Shown one piece after another: positions 13,632-27,780 of a DNA stretch of 64,000 nt. The notes beneath the pieces were generated by a model that was not told the DNA's origin, ran no database searches, and saw only the letters and a list, made by a program, of their open reading frames with translations. Source of the DNA: Phoronis australis. Taxonomy: Eukaryota; Animalia; Phoronida. Position 1 is the first letter of the stretch, and every line of letters starts with the position of its first letter. Position numbers and translations under genes: made by a program. Where the stretch lies: assembly GCA_002633005.1 (NCBI GenBank), contig NMRA01000045.1, forward strand, positions 1,109,552-1,173,551, in the 5' to 3' direction.

Positions 13632-15959
13632 GCCTGAATTGAGGTACCGACGAACTAGAGAAAATGCTTGCCCGAGATCCACCAGGCGGCCTTTTTAGTA
13701 GAACGAAAATGCTGTGGGCGTGAAGTATGCGCAAATACAACGTCATTTCACTGTCTGCAGCTGCAGTAGGAATCTGAGTTGACGACATGTACGAAAGACG
13801 TGAGGTTTCATGTAAACTAAGTTATTTGCCGGGTCTTCGTCCAGCCTCATGAAATATTTCCATATTCATTTACATAGTAGTAGTCTCACTTTGTGAGACT
13901 TTCGCGAGATTGTAATGATAACTGGTTTTCGGATGTTTCCAGCACACTGGAGGACTCAGGGTTGTTTGTAAAGTACTTCATTTGCATATCCACACTTTAA
14001 TGAGACTATTTTGACAACGTGCTCGGATGTTTGAGAGGCGACTTCGTAGGGCGGCGACTCGGGATTTTTACCAGGTCGCGAAATCGAGCTCTGCATTTGG
14101 CCAATACCAGTTGACATAAAAAACACTGACTTGTGATTTAAACCACTTGGGACATTTAAGGCTATAAACTCGTGTTCCGTCGCAAAAACCAACATTGATG
14201 GTTTCATGTTACGACGTGACTAGAAGTTTTATCAGCTTGATCTGGAGAAATCATGAACTGTAAATTCTTCCCGAGTCCGGCGATCACTTCTAAATTAAGT
14301 ATAGAACAAGACAAGGCCAATTTTAGAACGGTAAGCGGTTTAAATAGAATACACATGTTTAATGCCGCTTTACGTCAACACCAGCGAACAAAAGCCTGCG
14401 CAAAAAATAGTTCACGTCTTACAGTTTGTTCGTCAGAGCATGCGCACCATAGAATAGCGGAGTTGCAACCGAATCGATTTAACGATTGCGCATGTCCGGA
14501 AATTAGGGTGCGCAAAGGCTACTGGGATTGTTGATGGTAAACAGGATGGCCGACTGGTTTGCACGACGTGTAATTTGTGTGCATTAAACTACGCTGCTGT
14601 ATGTAATTCTGCCGCTATTCGCCCTAATTAGCGCCCATGGCTCAACAAGTGCCCCAACGCGTTTTCAGACTTTGCTAAAGTAAGCGCCCAGCCCATGAAC
14701 TACATGCGAAAAATGCCCTTACCTACAGTTCTAACGTTTCCAATTTATCAATTGAAAGATCCGACAGCCTGAATTTGTAACGGACCACGAGCCTCACCGT
14801 TATGTCCGTATACACTTCAAACTTACGCCGCGATTCAAAAAGAACGCAGAAGTTTTGCTGCTCTTGCGAGGGATGTGCCCCACTACGCGGGTCTGGACTT
14901 TGAAAACAGACACAGCGTACTTGTCAAAGAGCGGGATTGCATTGTTTCTTTCCAGTACAGATCTTCTCCGGCCTCAAACTTCTTTGTGCATGTGAAAACC
15001 GTGAATCGAAGACTAATAAAAAAACTCGACCAGTGTTAGCACGCGACCAAGAAGCGCGCGCTGCATAATGTACCGACTGTCATCGAAGATTAATCGGGTA
15101 ACATAGCATCGGCAAATAAATATTGGCACTAATTTCACTTTTGGACGTCTATGGAGGGTATGTTCCTTCGCAGCGCCTTCTTGTGGAAGGCGTAGTATAA
15201 CGCAGAGCGTGGGAGAACCTGTCTTGCTGAATCTATGATTTAGCGAGAGAGATTTCATTTGTTAGAATATGTCACCATTTTCGCGTATTCTCCTAATATG
15301 CATAATATGAATATGCCGCACTACATAGACCAAAAAAGGCAGAAAACGAATGCTAAAGCGAGACTTCTGCAGCGTCCGAGACGCAGCATAGCATGGCGTA
15401 CATAAAAATCGTCCCATCAATTTTTTTAGGGACTAGTAAACATATCAGAAATTTATCAGAAGAACTCACTTTGTTAATGAACTTTCAGAGGTTAGAGAAG
15501 TTAACGCCTATTAGTCAGCCTGATTAGCGCGTCCTCATAGTGATGGCCGAGCTATTCTAGCAAAATTAGTCTCGCTGAGGAATGCGCATGTGTCTGGTTC
15601 ACACGATATGCGTGATCTAGCGACCAAAATATGGGAATTGAACTACCATTTGCGCAGGCTTTTGTACGCGACACGAGTCAATGCAGTCAGTCTGACATCA
15701 CAATACGATATTCAACCTTGAACTTTATCGCGTAAAGCAAAATTGGTTGAAACGGCGTTAAAAAGCATTTAATAAACGAAAACTTGTATTTCGTATGATG
15801 TTTACCATGAACTCATGCTTCGACAGACGCACTCGGTATTTTGAAAATTCAGTTTGATAACACTACAAAATTGGAGAAGATGAAGGAAAACATTACTTCT
15901 AACAAAAATGTTATCTTTACGGGCACGATTTGCTTTGATCAAAGCTGACGATATGGATA

Positions 15960-16120
15960 AACCAAGTGTTAGGTCTAAGTTTATAAGTGTCACAAAAACC
16001 TGTTAAAAGGCAATGTCGGCGAGAAAAGAGCATTTTCTAAGATCAGTCTCAGTGCGGAATCGAACCTGAACCCCGAGGTCCCGTTCTAACGCTCTGCTGA
16101 CGGAACTACCTGTAAACCCC
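15960..16120 (-). mobile_element. tRNA-derived SINE, copy 1
   Basis: Minus strand has an A-box-like segment, then B box GGTTCGATTCC (16066-16056), then CTGATCTTAGAAAAT...GCCGA. Homologous to 22890-23045 (+). No clean cloverleaf. Confidence 0.65.
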
Positions 16121-17195
16121 ACTCGATAAAAGGCAGAGAATTTTAAAGAGGCATAGAACGTGGAAAACAGACTAAACAAACTAAATTGCTTTATTCAAAT
16201 TGGTTCTCTAAACAGGAGTCAAACTGTTCATCAGGAATTTTTACGGTTTTCTCATAAAGATTTTGGATTTCCGATGATATCAAAGCATTTTTCCGTTAGT
16301 ATCAAGTGTCAAAAAACAATCTGTCAACGACTCGTGACTTCGTCGATTTTTTCCCCACGGCAAAACGCTCTCGTTATTTGGTATGGCCAAACATAGATGT
16401 ATATAGAAAATGTGTCATTTAACTTTGATGTAAAAACAGTGGCGATTTCAAGCAGTAACCAGTCCGACTTATTTGAGTGCAATTGCGCATTATACATTAT
16501 TAGGGATGTATTGGGATAAAAGTTTTATTTCGCCGGTGTTTCAAAGCTAGTGAAGGAGAATTTTTTTCTAGAAATTCATGCAATATTCAAAGTGAATAAA
16601 TTTCACGTTAGCATCCCCTAGAAGTACATGTTTTAAAGGTTTTTTCGTGTTCCATGCGTATTTAGTTGGTCGGGCCACCCGAGCCTCGATTTCAACAGAA
16701 GTCAGGCAGACAACGTCGAGAATTAGCGATTAGTAATAAAATCTTATATGAACTTTTGTAGTGTTATATCTAACAACTTCAAAAAGTCTATCCCACCCAA
16801 AAATTATCCGAAAATGCGTTTTTTGGGCTGTAGAGCCGATAATGTCAATTTAGGGTGATTCCACGTATTTGTTCCGTCAAGTTCTCACAAAAATACCTCG
16901 GAATTTATTCAAAGTGTCTTCTCGATTCTGTCATATTTTCATCATAAGGAAATAAAAATGTAGAGTTGACATGGCCAACAAAAGTGGACAGATTCTCGAT
17001 TACCCAATACTTTTACTTGTAGCAGAGGGGACAAATGTTGCAGAATTTCCCTTTTTGGAAAATGGGGCGTCAACTTGAAAGAATAGTCAGGAGCGATGCA
17101 CTTAAAAACGCAATCCAACAGATAGTGAAATAAAAACACCCGCGGAGTGTGGTTCCGCTATTTACTGCGTAGAAAACAATCTTAACTTTGAATAT

Positions 17196-17356
17196 CAAGG
17201 GCGGATCCAGGATTTTTAGTTAGGGGGCCAGGGCATAATATTAGCCAGGATTTTTCTCGTCAGATCAGTATTCGCACCCCCCCAATTGCCAAATGGAATC
17301 TGGGAGAGTTTTAGGGGGGGCATGGCCCCATTGCCCCCCCTCTAAATCCGCCACTG
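17196..17356 (+). mobile_element. hAT-like MITE
   Basis: CAAGGGCGGATCCAG...TAAATCCGCCACTG; 5-bp flanks AATAT/AATGT. Interior is homologous to the copies at 18419 and 27228. Confidence 0.85.
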
Positions 17357-18418
17357 AATGTGTATGCAGTTTAAAGAGGTTTTGAAAAAATTAATCAGAA
17401 ATGGCTATTCGGTAGGCAGGCACTTGTGATTCAATGCAGGCTGGTAGCGTAGGCACCAGCCGTTGCTTTGGCGCAACACGACTTCTTGTCCTTTTTTGCT
17501 AATCATGCGATGGAGGTTCACGCTGGAGTTGGGGTAACTGCCGTGAAGAGGCATGGGACGCGAAAGCTGGTCAAAAATATATTTTAAACAATTCCTGACG
17601 AAAGTACCATTTTGAAACGTCTACTACAGAGTTATTCACTTTCTTCTGTCACGATTTTTTAACACGCGCTAATGAAAAACTCTACTGTCACCCCAGAGTT
17701 TTTGACCTCCTTCTCATTTACATAAATACGCGCATGCGCTCACAGTCAGTCGACAAACAGTTGACTGACAATGAACATTCACGACAGATTATCATTCGAG
17801 ATCGCACTCCGAATCTGAGGTCCACAGCACAGTATGAGACATGCCAGAGAAGCAAGCAAACTTTCCAAGACATAATTCCAAGGGAAATGTGCTACGTCTC
17901 TGCCTTCCAAATAACGAGACGTGGTTTGCCTTGTGGGACGAAAAATCGACGAAGTGACAAGCGGTTGACAGGTCTAAAAGAAAAATGCTTTGACATCTAC
18001 ATAAATTCAAAACCTACGAACAAACCGTAAAAATACCCGGTGAGCAGGTTGAATTCTGTTTCAGTGGCAGAGAACCACTCTGAATAATGCAATTTAGTTT
18101 GTCTTTTTGCGTTCCAGGTCTCTTTAAGATTTAGCCTATGCTAAACCGTTAGTTGGTCCCTAATTATTAGATTTGGAAAGATAAAATATACCCTCAATGC
18201 GCCCCATTGATCGAGATGTGCGTCAGTTCCCGGCAAATGAGCCCAAAGCGATAATAACGCTCACCGATTTAGCAAACGACTCCGAAAATCGGGTTAATGA
18301 AGATTATAGAGCACACCTTGGCGATTGATTCTCATCCGTAGTGACAATAACTAAATGGTCTTCAGTCATTTTTAATGAGAGTAAGAAGCGGTACGGATTG
18401 TCTTTACTGAACAGTAAG

Positions 18419-18573
18419 CAGGGGAGGATCCAGATTTTGAATCCGGGGGGACAGGACAGAGAATTAGCCAGGATTTTGCCCGTCAGACATGCGTGCCCCA
18501 GACCTGCCAAATGGAATCTGGGAGAATTTTAGGGGGCCATGGCCCCTTTGGCCCCCCTCTAAATCCGCCAGTG
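18419..18573 (+). mobile_element. hAT-like MITE
   Basis: CAGGGGAGGATCCAG...TAAATCCGCCAGTG; flanks GTAAG/GTAAA. Confidence 0.85.
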
Positions 18574-20669
18574 GTAAATGTTTTAAACCATTACCTCTTT
18601 AATAATAGTAACTAGTCCGAGAGGTAAAAGCGTTTTTGGGGCAACGGAAACATATATTTAATTGCCTTACAAAGTGGGTCCTATGAAAGTAAGGGGCATT
18701 CGTTTCTTCACGATGACATCCGTCAAAAACTCGCCCAAAGCGTTAGTAACTAAGTGAAGTTGCATTTTGCCCTGGCTAGCCAAAAACTAAAATCGAATTG
18801 AGCCTTCTGTTTTTATGAAATCTGTCTCGAACTATTCCTTACTGTGATAGGATTTTATTTCCGTCATACCAGCTCAAATCACAGGCAATGCGTAGGCCTA
18901 CACGTGCCAGTTTCGAATTCACATTTTAGCGTTCGCCAACCCCAATAGGCTCCAAAGTGTTTCTCGAGTCGCTGATGGTTTCGATGGTCTTGTAGGTAAG
19001 GGAAGTATGACGACCGATTTTATGGGAGTATGAGATCAATTCGATTTTCGTTTTAGCCAGCTGAACAACGTGAGATACAGTTTTAAGGCTGCAAATTGTT
19101 TGGAAGCACTTCCCCTCCCGGTCTCCCACTCTCCCTTCGTCCGCGTATGGTGGAAGGTGCTGCCCCTCACCAACTTTATGACTCCTCCAGCTTCCTACGC
19201 CAATAATTATCATTTGCGGAATGTCAAAACAGCATCAACTTTCAAGGGCATTTTACAAATAGAAAATTTCAACCTTAATACCAGTATCATACCAGTAAAT
19301 TTATATCAATTTCCCCAGGGAATACTGAGGTATGTCGTACTCTGTGGTTGCAAAGCCACCCTGACACTTTAACGATTAAGTGACGCGCAATGCCACCTAA
19401 AAGATAGTGGCAATGAAACTCTTCGGGAACGAGAGAGTGCGTGCCATGTCGCCTTGGCACGCATAGGTTTGCGGAACTCAGTGTGAACAGGACGGATCAA
19501 TAAGTCGTGAAACACGCCTGAGGTATGCAGACTTATACTTGTCAATGCGCGCCACGATGTCAATGTTCACACCCTGGCCCTGATTCAGGCGTGCACAATG
19601 CGTGCACAATGCGTGCACTTTTGCGCGTGACAGCTTGCCGTTGCGGTCCATTTCTGTGGAGAAAAGTGCACAATTTATGCGCGAAAAAAGTGCAACTCGT
19701 ATGTCCTGTAATGACGTATCTGCCACAAAATACTGACACGATTTGGACCCACATAGATCGAAATGCAGTTACATGACATTTTGTAGGCCTTAGATTTTTT
19801 CCGATTCAGGTAATCACGGGGGTAATTTACCACAACGTTACAACCAAACAATAAATGACGCCAGAGGATGTCAATTTCAAAAGAGATTTTTAATTGCATA
19901 ACTCACACTCATCCTATCTCGTCATACAACATAAACCATATATATATTATCATCATATCACATATCATGCCATTTCAGATCATGCTGAATAAATGGTCCG
20001 TAACAGCCACAAAGCATGCCAGGAGCCGATAATGTATGTCACTCGTGTTTGTTCTTAGTAGTCGCTTGTCTTAGGTCTTAAACCAGAGTCAGGGAAGACA
20101 ATAGTCTCTTTTAAGTCATGATTTTTTGGCTTCAGTGAAGACTTATAAGTAACGGTGGAACTTCATTAAGACAATGAACTCTGAAAGAGTTAAAGGTGGG
20201 TTGTCAAATAACCACATTTCGCTTTATAAGACTTCGGTAATTACGAAATAAAACCAGAGACCTAAGACCTCTAACAAAACAGCTGAGGTAAACTAATGAA
20301 CTTGGGGGGGGGGGGNACCAGAAACTTCGGGTACGAATGTTTCTGCAGAGGAATTTTAAAAAACTCCCAAAACTGTATACCAGGGCACCTAAAACTCCCA
20401 TCTTTTCGAAGTTTGTCCCTTCAAACGATGACACTAATAAAGGACCCTAATAACCGCCCCCGCCCCTTGTGATCAAAATCATACCCTAAACCCTTAACAC
20501 GCGTACTTGCACAGGGCTCAAACAAGTGACCCTTTCACGTGACATTTTGTTGATGAAGCATACGTAGACCCTACCCAAGTTTCTAGTGACATTCTAATGC
20601 CCCGGAATAGGAATTAGATCAAAAGATCACCCACATTAATCTGGCCAGCGCAGACGGATACATGTAGCA

Positions 20670-20820
20670 ATGAGCTGAGCTGTTTGCCTCAAATGAGCCA
20701 TAGCTCGTGCCAAAGCCAGAACAATTGGATGAACTCGTGGAAAGTTCATTCGATTTTCATACACTGGCTCAGAACTGTCAGCTCAATTAGGGTTCACTTG
20801 TGGCAGCCAGCTCAGCTCAC
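20670..20820. mobile_element. Imperfect palindromic MITE
   Basis: TGAGCTGAGCTGTTTGCCTCAAATGAGCC is mirrored by GGTTCACTTGTGGCAGCCAGCTCAGCTCA. Confidence 0.65.
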
Positions 20821-22889
20821 TCCGGACCTTTGCATGAATCCTTCGTTGACACCCTAACTGGTCGAAATGGGACAACTCGTTTGCGAACCGCAAAATCTGC
20901 CGTAATGATCAAAAACACAATGCAGTTCGAGGCAATTAGGTGGCTTCAGAACTGACGCCACGGGCTGCCGTGGCGTATTGTTCTCTAAGTAATTAGATCC
21001 ACCATAAACGCCCTGGAGGCAACAAAAAGTTAAATTTCCGTGTTGAGAGTTTTTACTTTTCAAATACCGGTAGCATATTTGAATAGTTAGGGAAAATGTC
21101 AATTGCCATTAGCTGGCAGGCAGCAGTTGAGTAAGTCAAGTGTTATCGTACAATCCTTGGCATGGAAAAGTGGAACAAAATCGCCATCCTGTTGGATAAC
21201 CTCGCATTTAAGTCTGTATTCCTGCACCAGGAAAACGAGCATGAAGTCTTACAAATATCAGACTTTTTCCCAGTTGCAAAGAATTCCACGCGTTACCACT
21301 GTGTATTTTTAGTCGACAAAAGCATGATAATAACCGGGATCATGAGGCAACTCAAGATTTTGGTACCTGTCCTTCTTTTCGGCTAGTTCACTGACATACT
21401 CGTAGTTTTTACAATCTCTATTTAAGACAGCTCTTTGCCGAACTATTTTTGAGCGGGCTCACGAAATATCGTTGTTCCACGACATTTTGTTGGGCAGTTC
21501 TTGGAGAGCCGACCCGTGCCGGGTCGAGCCGGTCTCACCGCATGGTGACGGGTGAAGTCATTTCGGATTGTTTTCCGTACGCTCGACAACTAGTATCGGG
21601 GAGCGGAAGTACGTTTGCTTATCTTACGTCGCTGGCTTCCCAGGTATCTGCACTTTCAAAGCAATGTCACTGCGCACTCATCCTTTGTTTGAATAGAACT
21701 TTTTGGCGCGTGGTATTCACTTCCCTAGCGGCCATACTGCTTACTAGGTGACTGAAACTGGCCGACGTGACATGCAACTGAACATGTCTGCTCTGAAGCA
21801 ATGGCGACATGTGACTTCTCAAGTCTATAAATCGTTTATAATCCGAGCACGCAACAAAATGACACCGCTTATGTACCAGTAAGTGGCAAATTAAATCAAA
21901 AGTCGGTTTAAATTTGACAGAGGCGCGGGTTTACTGCCCCTTTAAATGAGAATTTCAAAATGCCATGCAACCGTAATGCAAACGCCGAATCACGAGAAGT
22001 ATAGGTCTACTGTACTTATTTGCACCAATGTAAAAACCTCCACTTCTTCGCCCTACTTGATTACTAATGCACAGACAGGCTGGCGATAAAAGCAGTCATT
22101 GCAATGAGGTCAAGGAGACTGAGAGGTTATCGAATTACTCCAAGCTACATAATCATATACCCGGGGGTTCGCGAGGAAGCCGTCATTCATTTATTATGAC
22201 CACTTACGCGCTCCTCGCTGTAAAGACGGTAAGGACTTGATTGACAAATCAGCGCATTTAGCCCATTACCTACGAAACTATAGATGTATAAATTCTGAAG
22301 GTATAAAACCTGTAGAATTTGATTTTTGATATTTTACCAATGTGCCATTAATTGGATCACGTGACCATGTTTTAGTGATCTGTAGCAAAAAAGAACGGTG
22401 TATTGATAGCAAAACAACACTGTCAACAACAAGGTCAAATTTTAGGGTGAAATTTCAAAAACGCTGTCACAGCCTTTTTTAAATTTACCGGTATTTCGTT
22501 TTGTGCTACTTCAGAGTCCTATTTTTTATCCCCTCGTGCAAAACTGGAAATTTTTAAAAAGAATTTCTAACACCATTCTGGAGAATAGTGCATGAAGTAT
22601 CTGAAATAGTACGAACTAATACGATCAGCCATTTCTGAGATATGATGTTCCGAAGTTGGCTGAAAGTTGGGACATTTTTCCATGGTCCTACATAACCTAA
22701 GAGATTGTTCACCATAATGCCCGAGACCGTGCTTGGCGCTTTTCAGGGACATTATCGGTGTCACGATCTGAAAACGCGTTTTGGGATTCTTGTTGGACTA
22801 GACCTCTTAAGTGATTACCTTTGACCTTTGACCAGAACTATATAGCAACAAAACTGATCTTGGATTTATTACTGGTCACTGAAATCAAG

Positions 22890-23045
22890 CGGGATTGAGC
22901 TCCGCCATCAGAACGTTAGGCTGTGACCGTGGGGTTGTAGGTTTGATTCCGCGCTGAAGCTGATCTCAGAAAATTATTTACCTTTGCCGATAATGTCCAT
23001 GTAAGTGATCCGCCGTGACAAGTTAAAACTTTCTTAAAGTCTGGT
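22890..23045 (+). mobile_element. tRNA-derived SINE, copy 2
   Basis: B-box-like GGTTTGATTCC at 22940-22950, followed by CTGATCTCAGAAAAT...GCCGA, matching the reverse complement of 15960-16120. Confidence 0.6.
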
Positions 23046-25654
23046 CTCAAGCTAGACGATGACTATGAGACGTGCCTGCTTTTCAAAACCAAAAATTTAC
23101 ATCAAAATTGTGAAAGGATTAAGTTGAGACTGTTATTTCATAGTTGTTAACGTAAAGCGGATTTACTTAGCATCGCTTTTAGGACAGAGTTTTCCAGGCA
23201 CATAGAAAGAATTTGTAGGAACATGCCCCCACCCCTTACCTGGGGTGAGTCTCGCTGATATCGTCTCGGGTGGTTACACGGTGCACGGGACATGTCGATC
23301 GAATGGATGACTTTTTCACGATCAGTTTCCCTACAAAAGGGTTTATTTTCTTGCGAATTACCTTCGTGAAAAGGTTCACTTGGTGACTTCTAAACTCTAG
23401 AAATTGGTTCCTTTTCCCAAACTACATAAGTGTTTATAATATTTTCGGAAAATTCTGTTGCAAAAATTGTGCTCATTTTTTGACAACAATGCATTTCCTC
23501 TTGTGCTGTTTCGGGCTAAAAATTTTCTTGTCCAAGAAAGACTACGAAAAGGTCAAGTTTACGGAATTACCCCATACAAATATGGTGGTTCTGGAACGAA
23601 ATCCAACTAAAGGGTGACTTTTCGTAGAAACACTCTATAAACGGGTCCCTTTTTCTCGACTACAATCTTTAATTGCTGGGTATCCAAATTTTCCGGTTTC
23701 ACCCCCTCGAAAATCAGTAGGCTGTCGAATTCCGGGTTATGCACCCCAGCTTTCAGACATTGTCTCGGGCAACTATTTCGCCCGGCTTTGGTGTCGTCCC
23801 TGGAGTTTTTTTTGCGGGTTGTACCGCTACTATCTCGGCGGGTACCCGTTTTACGACTGAGTCACTTCCGACAACCAGCTCAGTCCGGCAGTAGTGTTCG
23901 GACACTGAACCAAAGTGTTTTTATTGTATCGCTTTCAGCCCATACAATAGCAACTTACTAATTTACACTGATGGCCTAATCTAATAATTAGTGATTGGCA
24001 TCGCGAATCGCGGAAGATACGAGGATTGAGCTTTGATTATATAGTAAACTATTTGCTGTCAAGTCCGTATGCAATAAGTCAAACGATATCATAAACAACC
24101 CGTGAATGCGCTGAAAATAAAATACAGGTGAAGCGAGCGAGATGCTTAGATAAATCGGGGTACAATGTTAACAGTGTGAGCGAGAACGATTTGCCTAAGT
24201 AAGCGCAATAATATACGAATGTATAAATTGAGAAACCAGATCTTAATCGAGCGGCGAAATGAATGTATTTCCATTAATGAGCTATCGAACAACAGTCAAC
24301 CACTGTTGACCCACCAACGTTATCGCTGTTTTCTGGTGACATGATATGAAATCGTGCGACAAATTTCCGGCGGATTTTAAAATTTAATGAATATGCCTTA
24401 AACGGAGTCGATTAATGAGTATAACGCCGTCAAAAATTCATTAAACGGCAAATTTGTGCAACATTGCATGACATTCGGTGAGCATACATGTGTTAGTGTG
24501 AAATTGATCAATAGGAAGCGAGCGTAGCTCCAACCAAAATGTTGGTTGGCGGGGGGAGGGCGGAAATAAGTTTTTGTCACAACTTTCCAGGTAATAATAA
24601 CCTATAAGGAACAAAACGTTCTCAAATTGTACACTCAAATATAAAAAATAACAAAAGCAACGTAGCGCTGAATTTAGCCCATGACAGCAGTGCAAACGTT
24701 ATATTCCTAGGGGTGTTATCGTGTAATATATACAATAAAAAGCCACTAGGAAGCGCAGCATAGGTCAAATTAGTCTGATTCAATTAGGTACGTGTTGTCA
24801 ACTATTCGTTACTCAGACGTAATCATCCACAAACTTGGTAGTAGCGACCCCTGTCGGTTATGGCCCTGTTTGGGTTGTGTCACTGTATAAAAGTTATGTG
24901 ATGACTGTATGTTGGAAGTGTCTAATTTTGTTCACCTTCGTACAGCATGCTTCAACGGCAGCCGAATCGTTACTTTAAGGCTCCGAAACAACCCTTTGGA
25001 TTATAGTCGTTTACCCAACAAAACTAAAATTAATTGGAAATCCTTCACGCACTGTTGCAAAATGACCCTTTCAGTACTGTACATTTCCCAATAACCCGTG
25101 TGAATCTAGAATATTTCAATGTCGTAAATGGCACTCTTCGCTTTCGAAAGTGGTCTTGAAAACCACCCGTCGGAGGAGCACGACCCGCATACCTCACCCA
25201 CGTAAGTATCCCTGGGCATAACTGTAAGTGAATGCCTACAAATAAGATACCCAAAAATTGTAGCCACATAATTTTTAGTTGCTTTTTCGTTCAGTGAAAG
25301 TGAAAACAAGGATTTTTGTATTTAATGTCGATAAACAATTAACATACTCAACATGCAGTCTTGAAATAAGTCATTTACAACCTACAATTCAAAAATTCCC
25401 TACAAAGTTACTAATGTTTTCTCGCACTTCCTCCACTGACCTATACCGTGAAAGACGTAGCGAGCCGTATAAAGTTTTTTCCCGTGGAGACCAATTGCAG
25501 CGCCTCCATGCTGTCTTCTAAAGCTATAACGTTAGTATTCTGAATTGTTCATCAACGAACACGGGCCCAACACCGGTACGTAACTTGAACGGAAACTGCA
25601 ATATTCACGTAAAACAACATGTCTTTTTAATCAGATATTTTAACATAAATTAAT

Positions 25655-25882
25655 CACGCCAAGACAGAAAATTTGTCACACCAGGACATGTTTATCGCGC
25701 CAGGACCTAAAATTTATCACGCCTGAACAAATTTCATGCCAGGAGACCACGTGACCATCCGGCAAGCCTGGCGTGTTAAATTTTGTTCCTGACGTGTTAA
25801 GTTTTCGGTCCCCACATGATAATTTTTCGGTCCTGACGTCGTAAAATATAGGTCTTGACGTGATCAATTATAAGTCCTGACA
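25655..25882. repeat. Foldback array of ~22-bp units in opposite orientation on the two arms
   Basis: The left arm repeats CACGCCAGGAC...AAATTT and the right arm repeats CCTGACGTG...AAATTTT (reverse complement). Confidence 0.7.
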
Positions 25883-26553
25883 TTGGCCTCATAAATTTTG
25901 TTCTTGTGATGTATTGTTTTGGGCTGTTTTTAATTTTTGTGTAAGTGAAAATTCTGGTTTTGGGTTATTGTTTGCTGCTCCTGCAGATAATGTTCTCGTC
26001 TGTTTTTAATTCTTGAGTATTTGTCCCCTGGAATTTTACCGCTTTGCCTGGCTTTCCTTCTACTCTCATAAAATCGGTTTCATATTACCCCTGACTGCGA
26101 TAGCATTCTATTTCCGTTATGAATAAAAACATCGAAACCACCAGCGACCCAAGAAAACGTTTCAGAGTTCGTTGGGTTTGGCCAACCCGGCTAAAACCGC
26201 CGGTGCGAATTTGAAAATGTCGCCTCTACGCATTGCCTGTGACTTCATGTGGTAACATAAATAAAACCCTATCACGGCAAGGAGTAGTACGCGACCAACT
26301 TTGTGAGTAAAATGCCTTGATTCGATTTGGCAGCTGAACAGGGCGAAATGCATCACAAGACTACCCGACCGTTGTAAAACCGGTCTCATCTCGTTCCTTA
26401 CTCAAATTAGAATTCATTTCTACTGGGTTCGAGATAGTTTGTTGTTGCTTCAAAGCCTAATCATTTAAGTACTCGGGACATATGTCGATCATAAAAGTTC
26501 CTTGTCATGGCGGGCTTGTTTTAACTTGACAAGGCAGCATGGACATCGGGGTA

Positions 26554-26686
26554 GAGTTCAGTAACCCTAGGACCTCGCTAAAATATAGCTTAAGTCACGT
26601 GTTTGTGCTTAAAATACACGGCCGCAATATCTCTCGTAATCTCGCGAAGTCTTGCTTTTTAGCGAGGTCCTAGCGTTATTGAACTC
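26554..26686. mobile_element. MITE with ~30-bp TIRs
   Basis: GAGTTCAGTAACCCTAGGACCTCGCTAAAA ... TTTTAGCGAGGTCCTAGCGTTATTGAACTC. Confidence 0.85.
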
Positions 26687-27227
26687 AGGGCATGGTTAAT
26701 CCAGTTGATAATTTCAATTTGACTGGTGCGCCATGATGAAAAGCAAAAACGCCAGAATACAGTTCATAGCGCTTTAAATATTAACACAATTTTATTCTAA
26801 CACAGGATATTACTGAAACTCGAGTGAGTCTAATGCAAGTCTTGATAGATGTATTCAGTCGTTAAAAAGTGATTAGTTCAAACTTAAGCGCACGAAGATA
26901 GACGCCTAATTCATGCAAATAGTTTTTAATTCATTGGTAACATCAGGAGATGAAAGTGAACTAAAAATACACGAGTCTGAACAGACTTGAAATCAGAAGT
27001 GTTTTCTCACATCCCTAACGTGTTGCACTTCGAACACTAAGCAAGCCTTTTGAATAAAGCCATCGAGGGTCGTTTAAGTCCGTTCGTAGTAAGACTGTAG
27101 TATCTTAAGTTTTATTGCCCAACAATTCTCTGGTTTATGAAGGTGGGCCTTCAACTTGAATGTGATCTAAATAATGTCAAAATGTTCGTTCTTACAACAA
27201 CAGCAACCCAACGCGTTGAAATGTGCC

Positions 27228-27374
27228 CAGTGGCGGATTTAGAGGGGGCCAAGGGGGCCACAGCCCCCCTAAGATTCCATTTAGCAGTTCGGGGGAGGAA
27301 TGTCTGACTGGCAAAATCCTGGCTAATACTCTGCCTTGCCTCCCCCGCAACTCAGAATCCTGGATCCGCCCCTG
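27228..27374 (-). mobile_element. hAT-like MITE
   Basis: CAGTGGCGGATTT...GGATCCGCCCCTG with a perfect 5-bp TSD GTGCC. Confidence 0.9.
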
Positions 27375-27379
27375 GTGCC

Positions 27380-27780
27380 TACGACTGTATTGTAAACGAT
27401 ATGCCTCTGAGGATGTTTAAACAAAACACTAGGACACAGATCAAATACTTGATATTTAATCTATGACTAGAAGACACAGAATATATCGAACTTGTCCGAT
27501 AATTTGAAGGTCTCATCGTTTTCTTTACAGAAACAAGTAGGCCTAAGCCATATTTCATGAAATCAAAATCCGTCCAGGAATTCTGATAGTTCAAATGCAC
27601 ATTGCCACTAAAAAGTACAGTGGTAGTCGGATCCGTCCGAAACAAGTTGCCATCTGTTGCCATGTTCATAGGAATGCATTTACCATATAAGTATTTAGTT
27701 TCACAAAGATGCTACAAGGTGTTTAGGATTCGAAGAGCTATAATATAAAAAGCCACTAGGAGGCACCACAGTTACAACAG
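27380..27780 (+). repeat. Fragment of the GCCACTAG-rich tandem-unit element family (also at 44780-46110 and 51640-52430)
   Basis: Shares ATTGCCACTA, CATAGGAATGCA...CAAGGTGTTTAGG and GCCACTAGGAGGCACCACAG with 45190-46010. Confidence 0.65.

Noticed and set aside
13324-13788. Longest ORF in the track (154 aa)
   Set aside because: It runs through a MITE, has no recognisable domain and has no supporting splice structure.
16040-16120. Possible tRNA gene
   Set aside because: A B box is present but there is no complete cloverleaf. A diverged second copy with a shared non-tRNA tail indicates a SINE.
20304-20316. Poly-G run ending in N
   Set aside because: Likely a sequencing or assembly break at a homopolymer within a repeat.
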